Below are positions 20,586-31,415 of a stretch of DNA of 64,000 nt, in pieces. The notes under the pieces were generated by a model. It searched no databases, was not told the origin of the DNA, and saw nothing but the letters and a program-made list of their open reading frames with translations. A program made the translations under genes and the position numbers. This stretch comes from a virus. Numbering within the stretch: the stretch's first letter is position 1; every line of letters begins with the position of its first letter. The DNA is taken from positions 30,075 to 94,074 of the IMG/VR virus record IMGVR_UViG_3300032322_002033; one strand, written 5' to 3'.

Positions 20586-21574
20586 TGGATTTTTATATTA
20601 AGAAAAACGCAACATTACCACAAATTCAGGTTGAGATATCTAAAAACGGAGTAAGTGATTTTAATGTAAATCAAAATCTATCCGAAATAATTGATGCGTA
20701 CATTTCAATATTCAATCCTGATAATAATCAATATATTGTTGCATCTAAAAATTGTACCATAACTCAAAGTGCGTCAACTACCAACCCAACTGATATATCA
20801 TATTATTTAAATTATCAATTAACAAATAGGGAAACAAAAAAACCTGGTAAATATGAAATTCAGATTTCTTTAACTGACACTAATGGTGAAATAATTTTAC
20901 CATTACAAGAAAAAGTTTATTTGAATATTTTGGAAAGTTTTGCAATACAGGATTACCCATTTTCATCAAATTATATTGTTGATTTACCTTGTTGTGGTCC
21001 TGTTGAGGTTCTTCCTCCTGTTGTACCTGTTAAAGGTCCTGCATTATTATTTATTGAACCTATTAGTGAGGCTAGTTTTGTAGGTAATTACTTACATTTA
21101 CGTGAGGCTTCTTTTTATGGTTTCTCTAATGGTACTTCACCACAATCAGGTTCTGATATTGGAAAGTATATGGACATGTATGCTGAATATATAAATTCAT
21201 TACCTAATGTTATTACACAAGACATTCCACAATCTTCAGGTGGGTTTGACTCATTTGGAAACGCAATTGTTCAATATAATTTCTATACAACAGAAGTAAG
21301 TGCAAATACCGTTAGTGAATTTGCATGGTACACATGGGTTATACCAAGTGAATCTATTGGGGATTTAAAACAATCTGAAATTGCTTACGGATACGAGTTT
21401 GATAACCTTAGCACTGAGTCTATGAACAATACGATTTACCAATATAATTTTTATTATACAGGTACATCTTATTCTGTAGGGCATTACTCGATGTATACCA
21501 CATTCCAATCAAATAACTTTAATCTCAATAACACTAATAGAAGTATTTATTTTAAAGGTCAAACGGTACAATAA
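20585..21574 (+). CDS. Structural protein with BppU-like N-terminal domain
   Basis: KNATLP..YQL..ET..PGKYEIQI..ILPLQEK shared with 20220..20585. Confidence 0.5.
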   Translation: MDFYIKKNATLPQIQVEISKNGVSDFNVNQNLSEIIDAYISIFNPDNNQYIVASKNCTITQSASTTNPTDISYYLNYQLTNRETKKPGKYEIQISLTDTNGEIILPLQEKVYLNILESFAIQDYPFSSNYIVDLPCCGPVEVLPPVVPVKGPALLFIEPISEASFVGNYLHLREASFYGFSNGTSPQSGSDIGKYMDMYAEYINSLPNVITQDIPQSSGGFDSFGNAIVQYNFYTTEVSANTVSEFAWYTWVIPSESIGDLKQSEIAYGYEFDNLSTESMNNTIYQYNFYYTGTSYSVGHYSMYTTFQSNNFNLNNTNRSIYFKGQTVQ

Positions 21575-21576
21575 TT

Positions 21577-23184
21577 ATGTCATTACAATATAAAAATCCA
21601 TTAACATCAAGTTTATTAGACGGGTCACAATCCGCACTAAGAACAAAAACGTTTGGTACTAATTTTTCAGTACTACAAACGGGTGGATATATGGAAGTAT
21701 ATACCCTTAACGATTTAGTTTTTTCAACTAATGGTCAAACAGGGTTAATAGAATATAGTGGTAATACGATTCCAATTAAATTTAATGTAAGAACATTAAA
21801 TTTTTTACCTGATGTTTTAACATTAGAATCAGACAATATTTCAACAGGTAGACAAAGATTAGGTATGCTAGTTTACGTTAAAGAAGTAAATCAAGTATAT
21901 CAATTACACATAGACAATTATAATACTCTTTGGGATAATGCGGTTGCTGATGGTGATGTAATTCAAACTGAATATGGGACTTCAGTATATTCTAACCACG
22001 CAGGTGGTCGAGCATTAATTAACGCATGGTCAGCATCTACAATTGAAGGTGTTGGTGGGATTACTAGACCAAACGCTAAATGGAGAAAATACTATGGGAA
22101 TGATTTAGCCTTAACAGGTGGGTCATTTAATTCATCCACAGGTATTTTAACTATGGTAACCATAACTGGAGGAACTGTACCAATTACAGGATTTGGAACG
22201 CCTTCAGGTGGTACGTCTGCAAACATTACGGGAGGAACATCATTTGCTGGAACGGGTGGTACAAGAGATATAAGTTTGACATTAATTAACAGCGGACAAA
22301 CAGAAGGTGTTGATATTAGTTTACTTGAAGCATTTTCTTTTGAAAATGACAATGCAGTAAAAGTAACTGTTGGTGGAGTTAGTGCCGGAACTGCTCCGTT
22401 TTCAGCGGCAACATCAATACATGAGATAATCCAACAGATATTTTACCCAAGAATTGCTCCGGTATATAATCCCCAAAGAGACTCATCTCTTACTTTAAAT
22501 CCGGGCACTTTATTATTTGAAGTTAATCAAACAATATCAACATTAGTATTAAATTCAGCATTTACTAGAGGTATATACACTGGGGGTATTTATCAAAAAA
22601 TTGGAGGACTACCAACTTCGTATGTATACTCGGGACCGGATATTTCTCCTTCAGTTACAGCAACAACTAGTAATTTAACTAATTCATATACTTTAAATAA
22701 TTACATCGTTTCATTAGGGTATAATATTTGGACATTACAAGTAAATTATGGAGAAGGTGATATACCTGTTTATGATACAAATGAACCATATCCTGTTCCT
22801 ATATTCACAAATTCAGGGTTCACAACAACAACTGATAGATTTGAAGGGGTATATCCATTATTTGCGAATTCCACAACAATCAATACCAAAACTAGACAAA
22901 CTTTAGTTTCTATAATTACATCAAATACTGTTGAGATATATTTTGCTGAAGGAGATAATAATGATGGTAGACAATATTTTGAAATTGCCGATGAATGGAT
23001 AAACAGCCGGTCAATCAAAAGAGTAGAACAATTCAGTAGTATTACTCAATGGACATTAGACCCATATTGGACTAACATAACATCAACGACAAATACAATT
23101 CAGGGGGTTTCGGTTAATTATAAAAGATATACATACGCAGCAGGAATTGATGTTGGATTTAGATTAATAAGATTAGTTTTTTAA
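21577..23184 (+). CDS. Fibre/appendage structural protein
   Basis: RLGMLVYV motif; T/G-rich; C-terminal half homologous to 23192..24994 (TGGTS.AGT.GT, FEN, IIQ.MFYP-like, EGVYP/EGVFP, LIRL.F). Confidence 0.6.
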   Translation: MSLQYKNPLTSSLLDGSQSALRTKTFGTNFSVLQTGGYMEVYTLNDLVFSTNGQTGLIEYSGNTIPIKFNVRTLNFLPDVLTLESDNISTGRQRLGMLVYVKEVNQVYQLHIDNYNTLWDNAVADGDVIQTEYGTSVYSNHAGGRALINAWSASTIEGVGGITRPNAKWRKYYGNDLALTGGSFNSSTGILTMVTITGGTVPITGFGTPSGGTSANITGGTSFAGTGGTRDISLTLINSGQTEGVDISLLEAFSFENDNAVKVTVGGVSAGTAPFSAATSIHEIIQQIFYPRIAPVYNPQRDSSLTLNPGTLLFEVNQTISTLVLNSAFTRGIYTGGIYQKIGGLPTSYVYSGPDISPSVTATTSNLTNSYTLNNYIVSLGYNIWTLQVNYGEGDIPVYDTNEPYPVPIFTNSGFTTTTDRFEGVYPLFANSTTINTKTRQTLVSIITSNTVEIYFAEGDNNDGRQYFEIADEWINSRSIKRVEQFSSITQWTLDPYWTNITSTTNTIQGVSVNYKRYTYAAGIDVGFRLIRLVF

Positions 23185-23191
23185 AATAGTA

Positions 23192-24994
23192 ATGAATAGA
23201 ATAACAGGAAGTACTACAATATCGTTGAACGTTGATGTGTTAGCGTCAGGTCCGTGGGACGCTCGCTCAATAATACCATATTACACAGGACTTACGGATA
23301 ATGTAACATTACCTTATCCATACAAAGGTATGGTAGTTACTGTCTATAATGACCCTGATATTACAAAAAATGGGGTTTATTATTGTACTAACAAGGGTAC
23401 CAATATTCCATTTGCAAATTCTGATGCAACTTGGACTAAAGTAGGTTCTGACTCTCAAACAATCACAGGTAATTCTTGGACATATTCTTCAGATACTTTA
23501 AATCTACTATATTCAACTGGTGGAACAATCCCAATCACAGGTTTTACATTTGTTAATACAACAGGTGATACAATATTAGGACAATTAACAATATCTGCCA
23601 ATACCAATCCATTAATTTTATCAGGATTAACTGGTAGTACGTCATCAGTTGATACTAACACAAAATTTTTAACATTAGACCAATTTAATAATGTAATATA
23701 TCAAACGGGTGTTACATCTACAGTTATTACAGGTAATACTTGGACATATTCTTCTGACACTTTAAATCTACAAATGTCGACAGGTGGTACGATACCCATA
23801 ACTGGATTTACATTTGTTAACACAACAGGAGATACAATTCTTGGTAAGTTGATAATATCGGCAAACACTAATCCTCTTAATTTATCAGGTTTAACAGGGT
23901 CAACAAGTGCTGCCACAATAGATACAAAATTCCTTACTTTAGATGAATTCAATAATGTAATTTATCAAACAGGTTTAACCGCATCTTTACCTTACACAGG
24001 TGGTACTTCATCAGCGGGGACTGAAGGAACTACCGCAATTACCGCAACATTAATAGTATCAAATGAATCTACAGGAACTACAATTGATTTATCAGGGGCA
24101 TTAACATTTGAAAACCCACTACCAACAAAAGAATCTTTTGGAAGTATTGGTCAAAACACAACTTTTTTTGCCGGAGGTAAAACATTCCAAGAAATAATTC
24201 AGGCAATGTTTTATCCTGTAATACCGCCTACAATAACGGCAATTTCAACAAGTTTTACTCGAAATACAACTGGTGGGGGATTTAGTCCTTCACAATTACA
24301 AATTGCAGGAACAAGTGGTAATGTTACTCTTACCGCAACTTACGTAAGTGGAACATCAATTGGTGGTGCTTACGTTGCAAAAACAGGTCCAGTAACTTCA
24401 TTTGTATTTAGTGGATTTACTGAACCAACACCTGCTGTAACAGCATACACTTCTTTAAGTACTACCGCATATACTGTAAACTCAAATTATTTAGTAGTTT
24501 CAGGATATAACACTTGGAATTGTCAAATAAATTTTGCACCAGGTCAACAGCCATTAGATGATAGTGGAGCGCCATACTATGGGTCAGGTACTCCGGACTT
24601 TATTAACGGAGGTACTAAAACACCCGCCAATATTGTTATAGAAGGAGTATTTCCAATATCGGCAACATCAGACTCAAACGCATTTTATACTCAACAATCA
24701 TTAGTATCTATGAAAACTAATGCAACCTCAACGTTTAATACTGCAGATGAAACCACATCAGATAGACAAGCATTTATATTACCGATAATGCTATACAATA
24801 AATTACAAACTATGGAATTATATGATGGTAATAGTCAAAGATATGTGACGGTTACTCCGTCTGAATTTTATACAATTACAGATTTTGGTCCGGTATATAT
24901 TAACAGTACATATTCAAGTGTTGCGTATAAACAATATAAATATGATATAAGAGGTCAACACGGGGCTCAATTAATAAGATTAACATTTAGCTGA
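23192..24994 (+). CDS. Fibre/appendage protein with two 88-aa repeats
   Basis: N-terminus shared with 24996..26918; C-terminus shared with 21577..23184. Confidence 0.65.
   Translation: MNRITGSTTISLNVDVLASGPWDARSIIPYYTGLTDNVTLPYPYKGMVVTVYNDPDITKNGVYYCTNKGTNIPFANSDATWTKVGSDSQTITGNSWTYSSDTLNLLYSTGGTIPITGFTFVNTTGDTILGQLTISANTNPLILSGLTGSTSSVDTNTKFLTLDQFNNVIYQTGVTSTVITGNTWTYSSDTLNLQMSTGGTIPITGFTFVNTTGDTILGKLIISANTNPLNLSGLTGSTSAATIDTKFLTLDEFNNVIYQTGLTASLPYTGGTSSAGTEGTTAITATLIVSNESTGTTIDLSGALTFENPLPTKESFGSIGQNTTFFAGGKTFQEIIQAMFYPVIPPTITAISTSFTRNTTGGGFSPSQLQIAGTSGNVTLTATYVSGTSIGGAYVAKTGPVTSFVFSGFTEPTPAVTAYTSLSTTAYTVNSNYLVVSGYNTWNCQINFAPGQQPLDDSGAPYYGSGTPDFINGGTKTPANIVIEGVFPISATSDSNAFYTQQSLVSMKTNATSTFNTADETTSDRQAFILPIMLYNKLQTMELYDGNSQRYVTVTPSEFYTITDFGPVYINSTYSSVAYKQYKYDIRGQHGAQLIRLTFS
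23462..23975 (+). repeat. Two tandem 264-bp (88-aa) repeats
   Basis: (t/a)cttggacatattcttc at 23474 and 23738. Confidence 0.9.
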
Positions 24995-24995
24995 T

Positions 24996-26918
24996 ATGAG
25001 TAGGACATTAGGAGCATTTGATTATACACAAAACTATGAAGTATTAAATTCGTATCCTTTAGATGCTAGAATGAAAACCGGTTTATATGCCGATTTACAA
25101 GATAACGTAACAATACCTTATCCATACACAGGAATGATTGTTGCCGTCACAGATGATGGGTCAAATAACGGATTATATATTTGTACTAATAAAGGAACCG
25201 CAATACAATATGCTAATGGTACTACAATTTGGGAAAGAGTTGGTAGCCCAATTATAACTGGCAACACTTGGACTTATTCTTCTGACACTTTAAATTTACA
25301 AATGTCAACTGGAGGTACAATATCTCTAACAGGGTTTACTTTTGTCAATACAACAGGTGATACAATATTAGGTCAGTTAATAATCTCAGCGGACACTAAC
25401 CCATTAATTTTATCAGGACTTACTGGTTCAACAACTTCTGTAGATACAGACACTAAATTTTTGATATTAGATGTTAATAATAACGTGATTTATCAAACGG
25501 GAGTGACCTCAACGGTAATAACTTCAAACACTTGGACATATTCTTCAGATACTTTAAATTTGGAAATGTCAACAGGTGGGACAATCCCAATCACAGGTTT
25601 TACATTTGTCAATACAACAGGTGATACTATACTTGGTAAATTAACAATATCTGCGGATACTAATCCACTTAATTTATCAGGATTAACCGCAACAACTACG
25701 TCAGTTGACACTAATACGAAGTTTTTATCTTTAGACTCAAATAATAACGTAATAATTCAAACAGGGGTCACTTCAACCGTTATTACCAGTAACACTTGGA
25801 CATATTCTTCGGATACTTTAAATTTACAAATGTCGACAGGTGGTACAATTCCGTTAACTGGATTTACATTTGTTAATACGACTGGTGACACAATTTTTGG
25901 TAAATTGGTAATATCTGCTGACACTAATCCTCTTAATTTATCAGGGATAACCGCAACAACAACTTCAGTAGATACTAATACAAAGTTTTTATCTTTAGAT
26001 TCAAATAATAATGTTATTATACAAACTGGAGTCACATCAACGGTAATAACTTCAAACACTTGGACATATTCTTCGGATACTTTAAATTTACAAATGTCGA
26101 CCGGAGGGACAATTCCGTTAACTGGATTTACATTTGTTAATACGACAGGTGACACGATACTTGGTAAACTAACAATATCTGCAGATACCAATCCATTAAA
26201 TTTATCAGGATTAACTGCCACAACATCAGCACTCACAGTTAATACTAAATTCTTATCTTTAGATGAAAATAATAATGTAATTATTCAGACGGGTATTAGT
26301 GTAAGTAACGCATCCGCATTATCTGGTGGTGTTACAAACTATCTTGCAAAATGGACAGGAACAAGTGCAATAACGACAACATTATTAAGAACAACTGATG
26401 ATGGTTCAAAACTTGCGATAGGATTACCAAGCGGTGATACAATAAGTTATCCTTTAATGGTTTCTGCCGACACAAGTCCCGTATCATTTAAAGGAATAGT
26501 ATCAAATTCTTTTGACCCTTCAAATCAATATTTGTATGTTGATACTTCATCGGGTGAGATTAAATCAAGTGTTATTTCAGAGCAGACAGGTATTACGGTT
26601 TATATAAGCGCAAGAACAAATAGCGGTCAAGTAGACTTCATTCAAACAGGTTCACCTGAAAACTTTAGAAGTGTTTATTACAACTATCACTTAAAAAGTT
26701 TAAGTAGTTATTCTATAAGAAGTGGTACTTTACAAGCGGTTTGGGGGACAGGAGCGACGGCAGATTTAAATTATACTGACCAAGGCCCTTTACAAATCAT
26801 AGAAGGAGCTAATACTATTAGTGGAATAAATGTGTCAGGTGTGACAGGAGGTATTAGTGTGGTTATTGAGGTTGCAAATGGTAATTGGGAATTTAAAGCA
26901 TATAGAGTAAAATTATAA
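24996..26918 (+). CDS. Fibre/appendage protein with four 88-aa repeats
   Basis: Four TWTYSSDTLNL..QTG units followed by GVTNYLAKWTG. Confidence 0.65.
   Translation: MSRTLGAFDYTQNYEVLNSYPLDARMKTGLYADLQDNVTIPYPYTGMIVAVTDDGSNNGLYICTNKGTAIQYANGTTIWERVGSPIITGNTWTYSSDTLNLQMSTGGTISLTGFTFVNTTGDTILGQLIISADTNPLILSGLTGSTTSVDTDTKFLILDVNNNVIYQTGVTSTVITSNTWTYSSDTLNLEMSTGGTIPITGFTFVNTTGDTILGKLTISADTNPLNLSGLTATTTSVDTNTKFLSLDSNNNVIIQTGVTSTVITSNTWTYSSDTLNLQMSTGGTIPLTGFTFVNTTGDTIFGKLVISADTNPLNLSGITATTTSVDTNTKFLSLDSNNNVIIQTGVTSTVITSNTWTYSSDTLNLQMSTGGTIPLTGFTFVNTTGDTILGKLTISADTNPLNLSGLTATTSALTVNTKFLSLDENNNVIIQTGISVSNASALSGGVTNYLAKWTGTSAITTTLLRTTDDGSKLAIGLPSGDTISYPLMVSADTSPVSFKGIVSNSFDPSNQYLYVDTSSGEIKSSVISEQTGITVYISARTNSGQVDFIQTGSPENFRSVYYNYHLKSLSSYSIRSGTLQAVWGTGATADLNYTDQGPLQIIEGANTISGINVSGVTGGISVVIEVANGNWEFKAYRVKL
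25255..26295 (+). repeat. Four tandem 264-bp (88-aa) repeats
   Basis: acttggac at 25266, 25530, 25794 and 26058 (exact 264-bp period). Confidence 0.92.
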
Positions 26919-28324
26919 TGGGAATTTTTAGTGGAATAGTAAACTATCAAAATTTTGAGGTAGAATCAGGTATAACATCTAATTTTTTTATATCTCCAAC
27001 TATCTCCGCTAATACAATTTCAGGTGGGGCATTATCGGCTTTATATGTTGCTAGCGGAAAAGTTACAAATCAGGAGTTTAAATATTTGAGTGGAACTACA
27101 TCAAGTATTCAAATTCAAATAAATTCTTTAGCAAATAAAAACGAACAGTTTGTTTCTTATAGTGCGAGTACTAATTTAGATAATGATAAAAGTAGTATTG
27201 CGGGAAATGCTATAACATTTAGTCAAGGAAATAAAGAACTACTTATTAATACCACATTAACCAGTACTGAATTTGTTTGGATTAATTTTAATATGACGGA
27301 CATATCCGTAACATCAATAACTAATTGGAATCCAACAGGTTTTCAAACAAATAATAATAATAGAGCTACACATATAATAATTGGTGGGGGGTCAACATCT
27401 GTCTATCCTTCAGTAATTTCAGGATTAACTGGTGGTACTAATGGTAGAATTGCAATAATAAGTAATTTGGGTACAGGATTTCCTGTGATATTTGAAAATA
27501 ATAGTTCAAAATGTCCGACAATTTGTAAATTTAATTTTTCAAATAACGAGGCATATTTTTTACCTCATAACGCAACTATGACTTTAATATATGATGGAGA
27601 GTCTCAGTCGTGGAAGGAATTTTATCCATTAACAAGAGAAAGTATGTTTTCTACATACCAAGACTTTAACTATGTTGGTCGAAATACTAATTTTGGAAAT
27701 GGTGCTTATGGTAGATTTTATTCATCGCAAGGAGTAATTGCATATACAGGTTTTAATGATACTAATAGTGTTATTTCTTTTAGGGGTACGAGTACTTATG
27801 CAGCACCTGGATTATCCGCAAGCTATTGTGCCGGAAGAGTCCCCCAAAGCTTAGGAGGTTCACAGTTCACTTTTTTTTTATCAAAAGTTGCAATTGATAA
27901 TGATTTTGCAGGTCAAATGACTTTTGAAAACACAGTTGCGGTATTAAATAACGGCAAAGTCAATAATTATGGACAGGTGTGTGGTGCGGTAGGTACGGCA
28001 GCTAGTTCTAATCAGCATTGGATGATTTCTGGGAATAATTGGGTAAATATGGCAACAGTTGCTGGGTCGATAGTTCAAGTTACGCCTACAAATTTATTGG
28101 CATCTGATAGTGTGTTTAATTTTGTGTATTTAGGTATTGCAAATAATAATACAAGATGTTTTTGGTTTTATTCTAAAGACGGAAATGAATATGAAATAAG
28201 TAACATTAGAGCACAAGCATCTAATAATTTTATGGCAGGATTTGGGGCAGGTGTAAGGATAGTTACGCCAACAACAATCACACCAACTTTATTTGTTGAC
28301 TGGTATGGAATGAATTTAAATTAA
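26918..28324 (+). CDS. Putative receptor-binding/fibre protein, paralogue 1 of 3
   Basis: EFKYLSGTTSSIQIQIN, ISGLTGGTNGR motifs; divergent C-terminal domain. Confidence 0.6.
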   Translation: MGIFSGIVNYQNFEVESGITSNFFISPTISANTISGGALSALYVASGKVTNQEFKYLSGTTSSIQIQINSLANKNEQFVSYSASTNLDNDKSSIAGNAITFSQGNKELLINTTLTSTEFVWINFNMTDISVTSITNWNPTGFQTNNNNRATHIIIGGGSTSVYPSVISGLTGGTNGRIAIISNLGTGFPVIFENNSSKCPTICKFNFSNNEAYFLPHNATMTLIYDGESQSWKEFYPLTRESMFSTYQDFNYVGRNTNFGNGAYGRFYSSQGVIAYTGFNDTNSVISFRGTSTYAAPGLSASYCAGRVPQSLGGSQFTFFLSKVAIDNDFAGQMTFENTVAVLNNGKVNNYGQVCGAVGTAASSNQHWMISGNNWVNMATVAGSIVQVTPTNLLASDSVFNFVYLGIANNNTRCFWFYSKDGNEYEISNIRAQASNNFMAGFGAGVRIVTPTTITPTLFVDWYGMNLN

Positions 28325-29875
28325 ATGGGAAAAATAGTTAAAACATATGGAAATTTATCAGTATCCTCGACAGCTAATACCTTGTCCTTTACCTCAAATA
28401 CAATAAATGGTGGGCTATTATTAGGGAATATTGATGCGTCATTTATAGGAACCGGAGATTCTTTGACTAACAAATCAAATTTTGTAACCAATATTGAATT
28501 TATTTATTTGTCAGGATTAACAGGTCACGTGCAAACACAGATAAATGAAAAATCTTATAGTAGTCTGTCGTATCTAACAACTTTATCATCCCCAAACTTA
28601 ATTAATTCAAAAATAATTTCCGCAGATACTAATATAAAATTTGTAACAAGTTCAACAGAAATAGTAATTAATCAGTGGATAGGAGCGTTAGAATTCGGTT
28701 CAATTAGTGTATCAACATCGGGGGATAGCTCATATTCTGTAAATAATTTAACTTTGACTGGTTGGAACGATGTATACCCTAATAGGGCATTACAAATTAA
28801 AATAAATCCTCTATGTGTCTTGAAATTAACAGGTTTGGTTGGGGGTTCTGACGGCAGAATGGTAACAATAACAAATGTTGGGAATTTTTTAATAATTATT
28901 GAAAATTTAAGTCAGAATAGTAACTCTGACAATAATTTTTCACTTTACAATAAAACCAGTTATTTTTTGGGTAAGAATTCATCAATTAATTTTTTATACA
29001 ATAATAATTTAAAAAAATGGGTACAAAATCTATCGTATCCTAATAACGAATTTTTAATTTACGATGATTTTACAAAGTCTTATTTTGCAGATATTACAAC
29101 AACTTCATTATATTCAGGTTTAACTTCAGCATCAACACTATCAACAATAATTTATAGTGGTGGAACACAACCAGGAGCTACTTTTGTACCTGGATTTAGA
29201 ACCTTTTCAGGATGTGCCACAGGTGCTGTCGAATTATATAAAAATTTTCAAAATAATTCAACAAATTCAACATCTTCGATATCTATAGGTTTTAGGGATA
29301 ATTATAAAGGATTTCAATCTAAAACAGGATATTCTATGACAATTATTTCTAAATTCACCTCAATTAAAAACGTTCCCCCATTTTTAGGTCCTTTGGATAA
29401 TTGGGCATTAACTTTAGGTACTAAAAATGTTAATATTTTAACAAATTACTCAGCAACCACAAATAGTAATACCATATTTCCAAATTTTAATGGAGGTACT
29501 TTTTGGTTGTTTGATTATAGTGGTAGTCCACAATATGCAAGATTTGCGGTTCAGGACACTTCAAACTCAACAATCGTAAAAAATTCAACTTTTAATTTAT
29601 TAGATATTACAGGTAACACTTTTAAAACTTTTGGGGTTTATTCATTAACACCTTCAGGGTCTTCTTTTGGTAGTTCTACTTTTTTTTGGTGTGTAAATTC
29701 AGGAAGTTCTGAAAATTATATAATAGAGCCACCAATATTCCATACAGGAGGGACTATAAATGGATATCCTTCACTTACTTTTTACGGTGCTTACAATTAT
29801 AGTGGTAATAGTAATTTTAATAATGTATCTAAAATTGTTGTGGACAATTTTGGATTTGATTTTAAAAAAATATAA
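28325..29875 (+). CDS. Putative receptor-binding/fibre protein, paralogue 2 of 3
   Basis: EFIYLSGLTGHVQTQIN, YPNRA, LTGLVGGSDGR. Confidence 0.6.
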   Translation: MGKIVKTYGNLSVSSTANTLSFTSNTINGGLLLGNIDASFIGTGDSLTNKSNFVTNIEFIYLSGLTGHVQTQINEKSYSSLSYLTTLSSPNLINSKIISADTNIKFVTSSTEIVINQWIGALEFGSISVSTSGDSSYSVNNLTLTGWNDVYPNRALQIKINPLCVLKLTGLVGGSDGRMVTITNVGNFLIIIENLSQNSNSDNNFSLYNKTSYFLGKNSSINFLYNNNLKKWVQNLSYPNNEFLIYDDFTKSYFADITTTSLYSGLTSASTLSTIIYSGGTQPGATFVPGFRTFSGCATGAVELYKNFQNNSTNSTSSISIGFRDNYKGFQSKTGYSMTIISKFTSIKNVPPFLGPLDNWALTLGTKNVNILTNYSATTNSNTIFPNFNGGTFWLFDYSGSPQYARFAVQDTSNSTIVKNSTFNLLDITGNTFKTFGVYSLTPSGSSFGSSTFFWCVNSGSSENYIIEPPIFHTGGTINGYPSLTFYGAYNYSGNSNFNNVSKIVVDNFGFDFKKI

Positions 29876-29876
29876 T

Positions 29877-31415
29877 ATGTCAGAAATAGGTCAAATAAGA
29901 GGAAGATTTGTTAGTTCAAACTTTAGTGGGTTTTCAAACAGTCTTAGTTCAACTACAATATCAGCCACTACTTTTTTTGGTAATATTAGTGCCAAATTTA
30001 TAGGTACGGGTACAACAATTGGGGATACCCCAAATTTTGTGACTGACTTAGAATTTTCATATTTATCCGCAACGACCTCTAACATTCAAACTCAAATCAA
30101 TACTAAAGCGAGAAAATTAGACCCATTTTTAACTTATTCTTCAGAGACTAATTTAACAGATTACCGACAAATTTCGGCCGGAACAAACATAAATTTTACA
30201 TCATCCACTACTAATTTTGGAATTTCTGCAAAATTTGATTTATTTAACCCAAATATAGTTTATGATACACCAACAATTCCCTCAAATAAAATAATTTTAG
30301 ATTATTTCCCAAATGGGTGGTCTAACACCTATCCAAACAGAGCAACTCATTTAATAATTAACCCAACAGGAGTAACCCAAATATTTAATTTGAGTGCAAA
30401 CACATTCGACTCACAATTAAATAGATTTGTAACAATCACAAACGTTGGTAACTATGTAATAATATTAGGAGGTACCCCATCATCAAGGGTTGGAAAATTT
30501 GAGGGAATCCCCACAATAGTGATGGGTGGAATGGCAAATTCAAGTTACACAACTGGATTTTATTTAATGCCTAATAAAAGTGTAAGTTTCGTTTGGTATA
30601 ATTTTAATTGGTATATGATAAATTCATATTTGGCGGATAAACAATGCGGTCTGGATGCTAATGATTTATTTTTAGTTGTACCTGATACCGCAAATTCCCC
30701 TTTGAATAGCGGATTAAATCTACAGTCAAAAAACTACACAATGTGGTGTGACCCAAGTCTAACTCGTTCTTGTTTTGGTGGGGACCATGGTGCCCTCTTA
30801 AACGGATATATTGCATTTGGGGCACCAAATAACGGTTCGTGTTCTATAGGCTCTTTTTCTAATACCGCATTTCAATCTCAATCAGGTATGTCTTTTTTAT
30901 ACACAGTAATGACTAGAGCTAAATTTGTGGTGGATAATTATCGAACCACTAAAATATTTGGAACTCAAAATAGATTATCAACGACCTCATATACTGCATT
31001 AACAAATAATTTCCAAACCATCCCTAATCTTGGTGGGGGGACATTTATGTTAAATGATTACAGACGTAACCAAAACTATTGGTCCATGTGCGTACAAACT
31101 CAAGATGGTTCTACAATTGTCTCATCGTCTACTTTGCCTTTTTCAGCATTGACCTCAGAAACTGTTGCGGTACATTTTGGATTATACACAATAAATCCAT
31201 CAGGTAGTAGTTTAGGTAGTACAACATTTTTTTGGAGAAAGACTTCCGACACGTATTGGACTATTGAAAATGAGATATTTCACACCGGTTCAACTATCAA
31301 CGGTAACCCTTCATATGTATTATACGGGATTACAGGTAACAGCTCATCTATATCGACACGAGAATGTCAACAAGATTTGTATTATATGGGACACGCGGTT
31401 GGTTATTTAAATTGA
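29877..31415 (+). CDS. Putative receptor-binding/fibre protein, paralogue 3 of 3
   Basis: EFSYLSATTSNIQTQIN, YPNRA, PSGSSLGSTTFFW, IFHTG.TING shared with paralogue 2; start at ATG 29877. Confidence 0.6.
   Translation: MSEIGQIRGRFVSSNFSGFSNSLSSTTISATTFFGNISAKFIGTGTTIGDTPNFVTDLEFSYLSATTSNIQTQINTKARKLDPFLTYSSETNLTDYRQISAGTNINFTSSTTNFGISAKFDLFNPNIVYDTPTIPSNKIILDYFPNGWSNTYPNRATHLIINPTGVTQIFNLSANTFDSQLNRFVTITNVGNYVIILGGTPSSRVGKFEGIPTIVMGGMANSSYTTGFYLMPNKSVSFVWYNFNWYMINSYLADKQCGLDANDLFLVVPDTANSPLNSGLNLQSKNYTMWCDPSLTRSCFGGDHGALLNGYIAFGAPNNGSCSIGSFSNTAFQSQSGMSFLYTVMTRAKFVVDNYRTTKIFGTQNRLSTTSYTALTNNFQTIPNLGGGTFMLNDYRRNQNYWSMCVQTQDGSTIVSSSTLPFSALTSETVAVHFGLYTINPSGSSLGSTTFFWRKTSDTYWTIENEIFHTGSTINGNPSYVLYGITGNSSSISTRECQQDLYYMGHAVGYLN

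Noticed and set aside
23455-26236. Antisense ORFs over the fibre repeats (e.g. 25757..26236, 23701..23952)
   Set aside because: Shadow frames of Thr/Gly-rich repeat coding sequence; no independent start signals
23462-26295. Repeats as a CRISPR array or DGR template/variable pair
   Set aside because: Units are in-frame 264-bp coding repeats with mostly synonymous differences, no unique spacers, no evident adenine-specific pattern and no reverse transcriptase in the window
23192-26918. Host Bacteroides-type D-(S/T)-(A/I/L/V/M/T) glycosylation sequons (DTL, DTI) in the repeats
   Set aside because: That pathway acts on exported proteins, these proteins lack signal peptides, and the motif is much less pervasive than [ST][GA]xT
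29760-29876. Apparent N-terminal transmembrane helix on the 29760..31415 ORF
   Set aside because: Artefact of an upstream start overlapping the previous gene; ATG 29877 aligns with the paralogue starts
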